Source of the DNA: an uncultured Clostridia bacterium
GTDB taxonomy: Bacteria > Bacillota > Clostridia > Christensenellales > UBA1242
Length of the DNA stretch: 64,000 bases
Assembly: GCA_934771475.1 (NCBI GenBank)
Contig: CAKVMD010000003.1
Location: forward strand, 14,573 to 78,572
Direction of reading: 5' to 3'
Part shown: positions 1-9,478 of the stretch, piece after piece
Position numbering within the stretch: the first letter of the stretch is position 1
Layout of the letters: each line of letters starts with the position of its first letter
Notes under the pieces: model-generated
Seen by the model: only the letters and a program-made list of their open reading frames with translations
What the model was told of the DNA's origin: nothing
Databases searched by the model: none
Translations under genes and position numbers: made by a program

Positions 1-1
1 C

Positions 2-484
2 GTTAATGTAGGTGGTAATATCAGCTTTACTTCTACCGACGTTCAAGCAACTGTAAAACTTGACAATGTTACTGGTGCAGAAGCAAGTAGCTACACTGGC
101 AAATTCCAAGACATCACATTTGTAAAAACTACAAAATCTGATGACACAGCTGTTAATGCAGCAATTGCTTCTTGGAAAGACCTTGACTTGGTTTGGACTG
201 ATGCTGACGCTCCTGTAGCAGTTATCACTTTCACAATCACTAACATAAATGCTAAACAAGGCATGAAAGTTACAGTTGGTGCTGTTGAAGAAGGAACAAA
301 AGATAACGCTACAATCGCTGTTAAAGTTGGCGAAGCTGCTCACAGTGCAGAAAAAGCATACGATGTTGCAGCAAGTGGAACATTACAAGTTGTTATCACT
401 CTTACAGTTACAGGCGCTGATCAAGACGCTAGCATAACTGGCTGGAACTTACCTATCACTCTTGCACAAGCTGACAGAGCCTAA
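2..484 (+). CDS. 3' end of a larger ORF entering from upstream; Ala/Thr/Val-rich, probably beta-rich secreted or surface protein of unknown function
   Basis: Frame 2 is open from the first base of the window to the TAA at 482-484. The tracked 98-aa ORF only starts at an internal TTG. No catalytic motif recognised. It ends 22 nt before the giant LRR gene. Confidence 0.6.
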   Translation, partial: VNVGGNISFTSTDVQATVKLDNVTGAEASSYTGKFQDITFVKTTKSDDTAVNAAIASWKDLDLVWTDADAPVAVITFTITNINAKQGMKVTVGAVEEGTKDNATIAVKVGEAAHSAEKAYDVAASGTLQVVITLTVTGADQDASITGWNLPITLAQADRA

Positions 485-506
485 TTCTAAAATTTAGGAG
501 TAAACC

Positions 507-3500
507 TTGAAAAGTAAAAACAAAAAAAGATTTTGGGGACTCTTTTGTGGATACCTATTTTCGATTTTGTTTTTGACGAGCGGATTGGTTTTAAGTGTAA
601 CTTCAGCACTTTCGCTCGCAACTATTAATGCGGGCGGAAAATTTAATTTTATTGTGCCAGTGCCAGACGAATCTGTCTACACTGGCATTTTAAAATTTTA
701 TGATCCTGACTCGACTGCCTTTACCATTTCGGTTTGCGCAGACCCATCAACAAAATCAAATAGCAGTTATCCATCAGAAGTGGAAATCCCAAGTAAAATT
801 AAAGTTAACGATGTTACCTATACAATAACGATTGTAGGGTCTTTTTCTGGTTGTTCTAACCTTCAATCCATAACAATTCCTGATAGTGCGACTACTATCA
901 ATTCCTCCATTTATTCTTCAACCACAGGCGCTGGGGTTACTGACAGCTTAGGCGCTTTTGAAAACTGCACTAATCTTCAATCAATAAATATTCCTAGTGG
1001 TATTCAGTCAATCGCAACTGGGTCATTCAGTGGATGTACCGGGATTACAACGATGACTGTTGCTAGTGAAAATACAAAATATTATAGTGCTGGAAACGCA
1101 ATCATCACTAAGGCAGACAAAACTCTTGTTGCTGGATGCAAAAACACAGTTATTCCAAATAATGTTATCCGCATTGGCGATCGCGCATTCCGCAAAATAT
1201 CAAACTTGACTTCAATCACTATCCCAACTTCGGTAAAAACCTTGGGCTCAAGTGCCTTTGCATTTTCTGGGCTTACAAGCGTTTCCGTGCCATCTGGGGT
1301 AACAAGCATTGCGTCAAACGCCTTTGCTTGCTGTACTTCTCTGGGCTCTATAAGTGTTGACAGCGCAAACACTAAGTATAAAGGTGAAAATAATGCTATT
1401 ATTGAAAAATCAACAAACAAATTGATTGTTGGATGCAAAAATACTGTAATTCCTAGTGATGTCAAAGAAATTGGAAGTTATGCTTTCCAAGGGCATCCTA
1501 TCACAAGCGTAACAATTCCAGCAAGCACCACAATAATTAATCCTTACGCATTTTTAAGTTGTTCAAATCTCACTTCTGTAACTTTTGAAAAACCTTATGG
1601 TTGGAAGGCGGGAGATACAGAGGTGGATGTATCTGAAAGCACTTCTCAAAACGCGACATGGCTTAAAGAAACATATTCTGGCTTAGCATGGATACAGTCA
1701 ACTCCAACTGAAGACGATTATAGCGACTTTATTTTCACATTCGATGATACCGCTATGACCGCATCGGTTAAAGCAAAAGATTTCAGAACAATTTCTGGTG
1801 ATAAGGTTATTCCAAAGTATGTGGCAAAGAGCAGAGAAACAACTGCTTACTTAGTAACCGCAATTGATGAAGAAGCTTTCTATCTACCAGGGAGTAGTGG
1901 TGCAACAAATCTTACTGGAATAACTTTGCCTAATAGTATCATCACTATTGGTGCTAACGCATTTAGGTACTCATCTTTGACAGAAATTGTTATCCCAGAT
2001 TCGGTTACGAGCATTGGCGCTGCTGCATTTGCTCAAGTAACGACAGCACAATCTCTCACCTTGGGTAATAAAGTTGAAACTATAGATAATGGTGCATTTA
2101 ATAAAATTGGTGCTAGCTCAGTTTTCATTCCTGCAAGCGTTAAGAGTATAGGTAAAAATCCGTTTGGTGGCCTTAATAATTGCACTAGCTTAACGGTTGC
2201 AACTGGCAACACGGTATATAGAAGCGAGGGGAATTGTCTCATTGATATTTCTCAAGAGATGGTTATTGCGGGAATTGGAAATTCAACAATTCCAACATCG
2301 GGAGTCTCTTCAATAGGACCTTATGCGTTCTCACAACTTACATCATTGTCAAGCATAACTATTCCATCAAATATAACGACGATAGGATTGAGAGCGTTCC
2401 AAGGATGTACAAGTCTTGCAAGTATTACACTTGGCGAAAACCTTACAACTATCGGTGAAAGAGCATTCTATAATGATAGTGCTCTCACTTCAATCACAAT
2501 TCCAGCAAATGTTAAAACTATAGAAGTCAACGCATTCCAAAATACTGGGCTCACCTCTGCAACCTTTGAAGACCCAGTTGGCTGGAAAGCAGGAGATGTC
2601 GCAATTTACCCTAGTGACGCAAGTCAAAATGCAACATATTTGAAATCAACTTACGCTACATCTGCTTGGACAAAAGGTTCAACTGCACTCTTCACTTTCA
2701 CTTATGACACAGCAAACAAGACTGCGACACTTACTGCAATCGACAGTTCAGTAACAAAGGCGGAAGTTCCTAGCAAGGTTGTTTATGGAGGTGCAACTTA
2801 CACCGTGACAAAAATTGGTGGCGGTAGCGATGCTGCTGGTGATGACGGCGATACTGCTATTTCAACAACACTGACCAGCATTACTTTGCCAAACAGCATT
2901 GTAACAATAAGCGATTATGCATTCGTGGAATGCTCAGGACTTACATCAATCTCTATCCCATCAAGCGTAAAAGAGATTGGAGTGATGGCTTTGGCCGGAA
3001 CAGGTCTGACAAGTATCACCATTCCTAACAATGTGACAAGTTTGGGATACGGAGTTTTAGGAGATTGTAGGTCACTTATTACTGTAAGTTTGGGGACAGG
3101 TATCACAGAGTTGCCAGAAAATTGTTTTGCTGATTGTTCTGTTCTTGCGACTGTCAATATTCCTACAAGCGTGACATTGATAGGAGTGCAAGCGTTCGCA
3201 GGGTGTTCAAAACTTACCACAATCACCATTCCAAGCAGTGTGACAAGTATTGGGGCAAGAGCGTTTGCACCTTCTGGGTTAACCTCTGCGACAATTCAAA
3301 CTAAAACTGGTCATGGTTGGAAGGCGGGAGATACACTTTTAGATGTTTCAACTCCTTCACAAAATGCAACTTGGTTAGCAAATAGTAATTATTCTATGTT
3401 ACAATGGACTCAATTTCTCAAGGACGAAGATTTTTATTCAGATTTCACATTCACATTTAATGACACAGCAAAAACTGCTTCAGTCAAAGCAAGAGATGTA

Positions 3501-6500
3501 AGCACAATTTCTGGGAATAAGGAAATTCCAAGCAAGGTTGTTAAAAATGGCACAACAACGCTATACACTGTGACAGAGATTGATGTGCACGGGTTTGATA
3601 ACGCAACAAAACTTACAGGAATCACAATACCTGAAAGTATAACCACTATTTATACTAGTTCATTCTTCAATTGCAGTGGACTTGAATCAATAAAAGTTGC
3701 CGCAGAGAATACAAAATTCTACAGTTATGAAAATGGGCTTTATTCTAAAGGGAAAAATGTTTTAGTATTGGGTTGCAAAAACACAGTTATTAAAGATTCA
3801 ACAACCGCCATTGGAATTCAAGCATTTCAAGGCTGCACAGGTCTTAAATCAATCACAATTCCAAGCGGTGTGACAAGTATTGGAACGTATGCATTTAGAG
3901 GTTCGGGACTTATCGCAGTAACATTTGAAAAAGCTTATGGCTGGAAGGCGGGAGATGACTATGTTGATACGACTACTCCTGCACCACAATCGGCAGAATA
4001 TTTAACTAAAACATATAATGATAGAACTTGGACATGGGTAGATAAAAACATATTCAGTTATGATTATAACACCACAAACTATACCGCTAAAGTATATATT
4101 AACAGCAATGCAAAAGATATTACAGGTGGAATTATAATTCCAGCGAAGACAAGATATTCTGGCAATGTATACAATGTTACTTCGGTTAAACAAGAAGGGT
4201 TCAATGAATGTAGAAATATGGCTAGAATCATTCTTCCAGAAGGACTTACAACGATTGAGGCGAATGCATTTAAATATTGCAATTCTGTTACAAGTCTAAA
4301 TGTCCCAGCAACTGTTACAAATATTCTTCCTGGTGCGATGAATGACATGTGGGGACTTGAGACCTTGACTGTTCAAAATGGTAATGGAAGGTATTTCGCT
4401 AGTGGGAACACTATTGTAGAAGGAGCAACAATGAAAGTTGTTCAAGGGTGTCCTACATCGGTTATCCCAGAAGGGGCTTTAATCATTGGCGAGGGTGCGT
4501 TTGGAGGAATCCAAGTGGATGTAACCCTGCCAAGCACAATCACAGCCATTGAAACTTACGCCTTTGGTTGGGCTGGCTTTGAATCTTTCACTATTCCTGC
4601 AAGTGTAACGAGAATCGACGCCCATGCATTTGAAGGAGCACCAAACCTTACAAGTGTGTCCTTTGAAGATATAAATGGATGGACTGTAAGCGATGGAACT
4701 AATAAAACTACAATTGAAGGAGCACTATCCTCGAGTTATGCAGCTGCAATATATTTAACAGGCACATATATGTCTTATACATGGACGAAAACCAAAGTGT
4801 TTGAATTGTTTACATTTGAGTATAATGATTCCTTTGAAACCGCAAGTGTCAGCGGTGCAACAACATCTGAATCAGAGAATGTTGGAGATATTGCAATTCC
4901 TTCAATGGTGTATTACAATGGGAAATTTTATAATGTAACAAGTATAAGATCTTTCGCAGCTTTTCAAGCATCCATTGACGATTTGTTTATTCCTGCAAGT
5001 ATTACCGGAATTGTAGAGTATGCATTTGCTTATGGTGGATACATGAGCACTGCAACTTTTGAAAAAACCAAAGGGTGGTTTGATGGTGTTGGCAACGCAA
5101 TAGATTCTGCAAGGCTTGAAGATCCTTCAACTGCACCAAGTGTGATCTCTGAAAAATACGCAAATGGAATGTATCGCGTACCTACCACAGATGAATATCC
5201 AAAATTGACCTTTAGTGAGTTTAACGATTCGGTTGAGAGCTGTTCGGTTTCGGCCGCCAGCACAACTATTTCTGGAGAGATAACAATTCCACAAAGAGTT
5301 TGCTATAATCAAAAAATATATTATGTATACAGAATTGTGGATAACGGGTTTAAAAATTGCAAATCTATAACTAATATAGATTTAACAGATGCCTCCTACA
5401 TCAAAACAATTGGGGCATCTGCGTTCCAAGACTGCACAAGGCTTTCAAGTGTAACTATTGGTACAAGCTTGAAATATATTCCTGAATATTGCTTTGCTGG
5501 ATGCACTGCCCTAAAATCAATCACAATTCCAAGTGGTATTTTGGAAATTGGCAAATATGCGTTTAGCGGGACAATGCTTACTAGTGCAACATTTGAGGAT
5601 ACAGAGTCTTGGTGTTGCAGAAATGGGACTAATACGATTACCTCTATTACAGTTACTAATGCATCAACAAATGCAATTTATCTTAAATCTACTTATGTTG
5701 CCTATTCATGGGAGAGGGTAGCCCAGGTATCTACATTTACAGACTTTAAATTTTCCAACTATGATAGCACCGCAAAGACATGTAGTGTTGCGGCTAGCGG
5801 TACATCAATCTCTGGAGATATCAGAATTCCTGGACGCGTGAAATATTATAATAGCGGCGTTTATGAAGTAAAAGAAATTGTGGCTCAAGGATTTAAAGAC
5901 TGCTCAAAGGTTACTGGAATATATATTCCATCAACTATAAATAGTATTGGGAATTATGCATTTTCAGGCACGAGTCTTGAAACTATTGAGGTCGCTTTAG
6001 GAAATAGCACTTATAAGAGTGTGGGGCCTTCTGGCAGAGAGACTAATTCTATAATTGAAATTTCTACCAATACCCTTATTCTTGGTTGCAAAAACACAAT
6101 TATTGATTCAAGTGTTATAAAGATTGGTTATGGCGCATTTAGAGGACAACTTGTCGAGAATATAACCATTCCTGAAAATGTTAAGATTATTGATGAGTGG
6201 GCATTCTATCAGACTAGTCAATTAAATTCTGTAAATGTTATGGGTGCAGTTGAAATCAAATATGGTGCGTTTGCCGAATCAGCTATTCAATCTATCTATC
6301 TACCTTCAACATTGGTTGTGATAGAAGAAAGAGCGTTCATGAACAGTTTTGAAATCAACAATGTTGTCATACCTGCAAGCGTTGCGAATATTGGTGTCAA
6401 TGCATTTGCTACTTCTGACCCGCAAAGAAGTAGTGCGCTTACAAGTGTTAGATTTGAAAAACAAAACGATTGGTATGCGGGTACCACCTCAGCGTTGAAT

Positions 6501-7385
6501 CTTAGCAATTCGACAACTAATGCTACATATCTTACTGGTACATATAAAGATTATGAATGGGTAAGAAAAGAATCGGCTTATTCTTCACTCACATTTACAA
6601 ATTACAATAGTTCTGCGAAGACTTGTTCGGTTAAAGCAAAGAGCACATCAATTTTTGGACAAATTGTCATTCCTAATAAGGTTTATTATTCTGGTTCGGT
6701 TTACACTGTGACAAAAATTGATGTTGAGGGATTTAAGGATTGTGCAAATGTGACATCTGTCATCATTCCATCAACCGTTACGGAACTTGGCGTTAGGTCA
6801 TTCCAAAGTTGCAAGATGTCTTCGTTAACACTTATTGAAGGATTGAAAATTATTAATGATGACGCGTTAAAAGCAACAAATATTGAATCACTTTATATTC
6901 CTTCAACTGTCACATCGATCATAACGGCTTTTGTGGACAACCCACAATTATCTAAAATGGAAGTAGATGGGGCTAATACTACTTATTATAGTTCTGGAAA
7001 CTGTATAATTGAAAAATCTAATATGAAAGTGGTTGGAGGGTGCTATAACTCTCAAATTCCATACGGAGTCAAAATTATAGGTGCATGGGCATTCTCGGGG
7101 AAACACACCTTAACATCTATTACATTGCCATCAACTGTAACTAGAATTGAAAAAGCAGCATTCGGTTGGAGCGCACTTACTTCAATCACAATTCCGGCGA
7201 ATGTAACATTTATTCAAGGACAGGTATTTGCGGGTTGCACTCAATTATCGTCTGTAACATTTAAGAACAAATCTGGTTGGCGCGTAGATGGAGTAGGTTC
7301 GATCAGCGTAACCAATGCGACACAAAATGCTACATGGATTAAGCATGGTGGACTGTACTCTAACCAAGACTGGACTAGATCATAA
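507..7385 (+). CDS. Giant (2292 aa) BspA/TpLRR-like leucine-rich-repeat surface protein with an N-terminal signal-anchor
   Basis: One uninterrupted ORF with a TTG start 6 nt after AGGAG (496-500). Hydrophobic N-terminus FWGLFCGYLFSILFLTSGLVL. Dozens of ~23-25-aa repeats of the form IPxSVTSIGxxAFxxCxxLTSITIP. A terminator lies directly downstream. Confidence 0.9.
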   Translation: MKSKNKKRFWGLFCGYLFSILFLTSGLVLSVTSALSLATINAGGKFNFIVPVPDESVYTGILKFYDPDSTAFTISVCADPSTKSNSSYPSEVEIPSKIKVNDVTYTITIVGSFSGCSNLQSITIPDSATTINSSIYSSTTGAGVTDSLGAFENCTNLQSINIPSGIQSIATGSFSGCTGITTMTVASENTKYYSAGNAIITKADKTLVAGCKNTVIPNNVIRIGDRAFRKISNLTSITIPTSVKTLGSSAFAFSGLTSVSVPSGVTSIASNAFACCTSLGSISVDSANTKYKGENNAIIEKSTNKLIVGCKNTVIPSDVKEIGSYAFQGHPITSVTIPASTTIINPYAFLSCSNLTSVTFEKPYGWKAGDTEVDVSESTSQNATWLKETYSGLAWIQSTPTEDDYSDFIFTFDDTAMTASVKAKDFRTISGDKVIPKYVAKSRETTAYLVTAIDEEAFYLPGSSGATNLTGITLPNSIITIGANAFRYSSLTEIVIPDSVTSIGAAAFAQVTTAQSLTLGNKVETIDNGAFNKIGASSVFIPASVKSIGKNPFGGLNNCTSLTVATGNTVYRSEGNCLIDISQEMVIAGIGNSTIPTSGVSSIGPYAFSQLTSLSSITIPSNITTIGLRAFQGCTSLASITLGENLTTIGERAFYNDSALTSITIPANVKTIEVNAFQNTGLTSATFEDPVGWKAGDVAIYPSDASQNATYLKSTYATSAWTKGSTALFTFTYDTANKTATLTAIDSSVTKAEVPSKVVYGGATYTVTKIGGGSDAAGDDGDTAISTTLTSITLPNSIVTISDYAFVECSGLTSISIPSSVKEIGVMALAGTGLTSITIPNNVTSLGYGVLGDCRSLITVSLGTGITELPENCFADCSVLATVNIPTSVTLIGVQAFAGCSKLTTITIPSSVTSIGARAFAPSGLTSATIQTKTGHGWKAGDTLLDVSTPSQNATWLANSNYSMLQWTQFLKDEDFYSDFTFTFNDTAKTASVKARDVSTISGNKEIPSKVVKNGTTTLYTVTEIDVHGFDNATKLTGITIPESITTIYTSSFFNCSGLESIKVAAENTKFYSYENGLYSKGKNVLVLGCKNTVIKDSTTAIGIQAFQGCTGLKSITIPSGVTSIGTYAFRGSGLIAVTFEKAYGWKAGDDYVDTTTPAPQSAEYLTKTYNDRTWTWVDKNIFSYDYNTTNYTAKVYINSNAKDITGGIIIPAKTRYSGNVYNVTSVKQEGFNECRNMARIILPEGLTTIEANAFKYCNSVTSLNVPATVTNILPGAMNDMWGLETLTVQNGNGRYFASGNTIVEGATMKVVQGCPTSVIPEGALIIGEGAFGGIQVDVTLPSTITAIETYAFGWAGFESFTIPASVTRIDAHAFEGAPNLTSVSFEDINGWTVSDGTNKTTIEGALSSSYAAAIYLTGTYMSYTWTKTKVFELFTFEYNDSFETASVSGATTSESENVGDIAIPSMVYYNGKFYNVTSIRSFAAFQASIDDLFIPASITGIVEYAFAYGGYMSTATFEKTKGWFDGVGNAIDSARLEDPSTAPSVISEKYANGMYRVPTTDEYPKLTFSEFNDSVESCSVSAASTTISGEITIPQRVCYNQKIYYVYRIVDNGFKNCKSITNIDLTDASYIKTIGASAFQDCTRLSSVTIGTSLKYIPEYCFAGCTALKSITIPSGILEIGKYAFSGTMLTSATFEDTESWCCRNGTNTITSITVTNASTNAIYLKSTYVAYSWERVAQVSTFTDFKFSNYDSTAKTCSVAASGTSISGDIRIPGRVKYYNSGVYEVKEIVAQGFKDCSKVTGIYIPSTINSIGNYAFSGTSLETIEVALGNSTYKSVGPSGRETNSIIEISTNTLILGCKNTIIDSSVIKIGYGAFRGQLVENITIPENVKIIDEWAFYQTSQLNSVNVMGAVEIKYGAFAESAIQSIYLPSTLVVIEERAFMNSFEINNVVIPASVANIGVNAFATSDPQRSSALTSVRFEKQNDWYAGTTSALNLSNSTTNATYLTGTYKDYEWVRKESAYSSLTFTNYNSSAKTCSVKAKSTSIFGQIVIPNKVYYSGSVYTVTKIDVEGFKDCANVTSVIIPSTVTELGVRSFQSCKMSSLTLIEGLKIINDDALKATNIESLYIPSTVTSIITAFVDNPQLSKMEVDGANTTYYSSGNCIIEKSNMKVVGGCYNSQIPYGVKIIGAWAFSGKHTLTSITLPSTVTRIEKAAFGWSALTSITIPANVTFIQGQVFAGCTQLSSVTFKNKSGWRVDGVGSISVTNATQNATWIKHGGLYSNQDWTRS

Positions 7386-7435
7386 TTTCGCCAAACATTA
7401 TTGTAGAGCGAAGAGAACAAATTTGACAAAACAAA

Positions 7436-7470
7436 AAAGACTGGAAAAAAGTTTTTCCAGTCTTTTTTGT
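7436..7470 (+). terminator. Rho-independent terminator of the LRR gene
   Basis: Stem AAGACTGGAAAAA / TTTTTCCAGTCTT with a 3-nt loop, followed by a T-run. Confidence 0.8.
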
Positions 7471-7650
7471 GCTTATTTGGTCGCTTGGGCTGTGTTGTGT
7501 GGCAGGAGCGATTGGCGTTTTTGAAGTGTTTTTGTCAGGCTGGATATTTTAGAAGCGTTTTTGGGTTGATAGCGGGCGCTTGGGAGAGACTTTTGTTTGG
7601 TGGAGGCGGACTTTAAGTTATATTTGCAATACTGCAAAATATATTATTTT

Positions 7651-7848
7651 ATGAGAAAAATACATTTTAAAAGTATAGTGTTGCGTAAAAAGATGCTTAT
7701 TGGCTTGATTTTCTCCCTAATAGTAGCAATAACTGCCTGTTTCTTGCCGAGGGCGATTTCAATCAATTCTCCTAAGCCTGTCCACACTATTGTGATTGAT
7801 GCTGGGCATGGTGGTCGCGATGTCAAGTTAGGACACACAAGTTTTTGA
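7651..7848 (+). pseudogene. Truncated 5' stump of a CwlD-type N-acetylmuramoyl-L-alanine amidase gene
   Basis: Encodes a signal-anchor plus PKPVHTIVIDAGHGGRD, identical to residues of the intact amidase at 10338-11030. It then runs 8 unrelated codons to a stop. Confidence 0.75.
7771..7822 (+). repeat. Left copy of a 52-bp direct repeat (49/52 identical to 10452-10503)
   Basis: Direct base-by-base comparison gives three mismatches. Flanks diverge immediately on both sides. Confidence 0.95.
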
Positions 7849-7856
7849 AATAAAAA

Positions 7857-7880
7857 AGAGCATATCATCTGATATGCTCT
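7857..7880. terminator. Bidirectional hairpin between the amidase stump and the convergent cassette
   Basis: AGAGCATATCA-TCT-GATATGCTCT flanked by an A-run and a T-run. Confidence 0.6.
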
Positions 7881-7890
7881 TTTAAAAAAT

Positions 7891-8346
7891 TTATTGTAAC
7901 CAATATCTATCTGTTGTTTCATCCCAAATATCTTTTAATAATTTCCCCTCAACTTTAGCATTGTTCTTAAAATCTTCTTTTGATTTGAATAGAAACATTT
8001 CTCTAGTTTTTGAATTATAAAGTTGAATCTCAACAACATCTTTGCTTTTCCCGACAAGTTCAACCGCATAATATGTTCCATCGTATTCAAACTGCATTTC
8101 TCCATAACTAAATAGGGCATCAATAAAATCGTTAAGACTTAGTTCAAAAGGTTTGCCTTCTTTGTAAAGTTGACGTGCTCTATTGAGAGAAAGAGTATTT
8201 GGTAATGCTACATCATCAGGATTTTCTTCGTTAAGAAAACAGTTAAACCAACCACAACTTTTACATTTGCCTTGTTCATAAATATCAACTTTTATTATTT
8301 CCCCACAAACTTCACATTTTTTTTCGTAGCTTTTTTCAATTTTCAT
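7891..8346 (-). CDS. CPCC-type cysteine-rich zinc-ribbon domain protein with an uncharacterised C-terminal domain (immunity-protein-like)
   Basis: N-terminus has CEVCG...CKSCGWFNC...NPDD...PNTLSLNRARQLY, matching my recollection of the Cys_rich_CPCC family. AAGGAG RBS overlaps the upstream stop. Last gene of the operon. Confidence 0.6.
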   Translation of the reverse strand: MKIEKSYEKKCEVCGEIIKVDIYEQGKCKSCGWFNCFLNEENPDDVALPNTLSLNRARQLYKEGKPFELSLNDFIDALFSYGEMQFEYDGTYYAVELVGKSKDVVEIQLYNSKTREMFLFKSKEDFKNNAKVEGKLLKDIWDETTDRYWLQ

Positions 8347-8357
8347 GTTTTACTCCT

Positions 8358-8651
8358 TTAACAAAAATTAGAGCTAGTTTTTTCGCCATTTGGACCAATA
8401 TATGGAGGTCTAGGATTTTTCGGATTACCCCAGTTGACATAATGGTCATGTGGCCACTCATGGTCTCCGCCACCATGCGACCAATCACGATACCAAATTA
8501 TTCTTCCATCTGGTCCATACCATCCTTGTTGTAACAAATTTCCATTTTCATCATACAAATCTATTCTAGTATTTGGCAACCATAACCTAGGCAAAGAACC
8601 AACTCGTCCAGTGTGGCTACTTATTCCACCACTTGGTTTACACATTCCCAT
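8358..8651 (-). CDS. 97-aa Trp/His/Gly/Pro-rich protein with a YD-repeat-like motif (possible orphan toxin-type module)
   Basis: AGGAGGTG lies 6 nt before the ATG, inside the 3' end of the upstream gene (31-nt overlap). Motifs YDENGNLLQQGWYGPDGR and HGGGDHEWPHDHYVNW. No signal peptide. Confidence 0.6.
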   Translation of the reverse strand: MGMCKPSGGISSHTGRVGSLPRLWLPNTRIDLYDENGNLLQQGWYGPDGRIIWYRDWSHGGGDHEWPHDHYVNWGNPKNPRPPYIGPNGEKTSSNFC

Positions 8652-9469
8652 TGTAGCACCTCCTGTGGCAAAAGTTCAAACGGTTTAGATGATAATCCGC
8701 CACCAATTCCAATAAGTTTAAATTTTAATTGCTTACCAAACAAATCATTTACTTTTAGTTTGGATGTAAAAAGTCCAGCAGTGTGATATTTTGTTTTTGT
8801 CCTTTGATTATCTAAATACCATTCAATTCTATCGGCGAAGAGTGATTTTATTTCAATTTCACCTTGATAATTGTTTACATCAATAGAAACAATTTTTGGT
8901 GCACCTATTAAATTACCATTTTTTGTGATAGCAAATAATTTTTTCTTATCACTATACGAAATTTTATCCCATACCACATTTTCATAAGGATTTTTTATAA
9001 GTGGGATATTATTTTGTTTCACTTCAATACTTTTTCCACCGAATTTTTCTAAGTCTGCAACTATTTTCCAGCGAAAAACTTTGTTTCTTTCTTCATATTC
9101 AAGTAATGCTTTGTTAAGGTGAGATGCAAATTGCATTTCTGAGCAGTTGTTAACTTTCATAAAATGTTCTTCTGCTTCTTCACCAAAACCAAGCCTAACT
9201 GAATTTTTGAAATGTTTAACTCCATGACAGCGTGAACAAATTGCTTTGATATGTTTCAATGTTTGTGTTTTCTTATTTACGTCAAATACCCATTCTTCAT
9301 GAATATCAAGGTCTTCCGATTCATACCCACAAATTTCACATCTTCCATTTGCTCTTTTAAGTGCAATTTCACGAAGTTTGTCCCAATCTTTTTTGACAAG
9401 TGTTTTACTAAAATCGTTTCCCCATGCTCCTTTTGGGAGCAAATTTATTGTAAGTTTAAATTCTTCCAT
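8621..9469 (-). CDS. HNH-like zinc-finger nuclease domain protein with an unknown ~170-aa C-terminal region
   Basis: CEICG(x8)DIHEEW(x20)CSRCHGVKH arrangement (CxxC...H...CxxCH...H). AGGAG RBS overlaps the DUF4417 stop codon. Confidence 0.65.
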   Translation of the reverse strand: MEEFKLTINLLPKGAWGNDFSKTLVKKDWDKLREIALKRANGRCEICGYESEDLDIHEEWVFDVNKKTQTLKHIKAICSRCHGVKHFKNSVRLGFGEEAEEHFMKVNNCSEMQFASHLNKALLEYEERNKVFRWKIVADLEKFGGKSIEVKQNNIPLIKNPYENVVWDKISYSDKKKLFAITKNGNLIGAPKIVSIDVNNYQGEIEIKSLFADRIEWYLDNQRTKTKYHTAGLFTSKLKVNDLFGKQLKFKLIGIGGGLSSKPFELLPQEVLQWECVNQVVE

Positions 9470-9478
9470 AATTTTCTC

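Noticed and set aside
1082-7429. About a dozen 60-130-aa ORFs on the minus strand and in alternate plus frames inside the giant LRR gene
   Set aside because: All are fully embedded in a 6.9-kb ORF with strong repeat-family signal. They lack RBSs and have the low-complexity composition expected from antisense translation of repeats.
8621-8651. The 31-nt overlap between the HNH-like ORF and the 97-aa ORF as evidence of a frameshifted pseudogene
   Set aside because: A near-perfect SD (AGGAGGTG) sits 6 nt upstream of the 97-aa ATG and the upstream ORF ends cleanly. Translational coupling of two genuine genes is the simpler reading.
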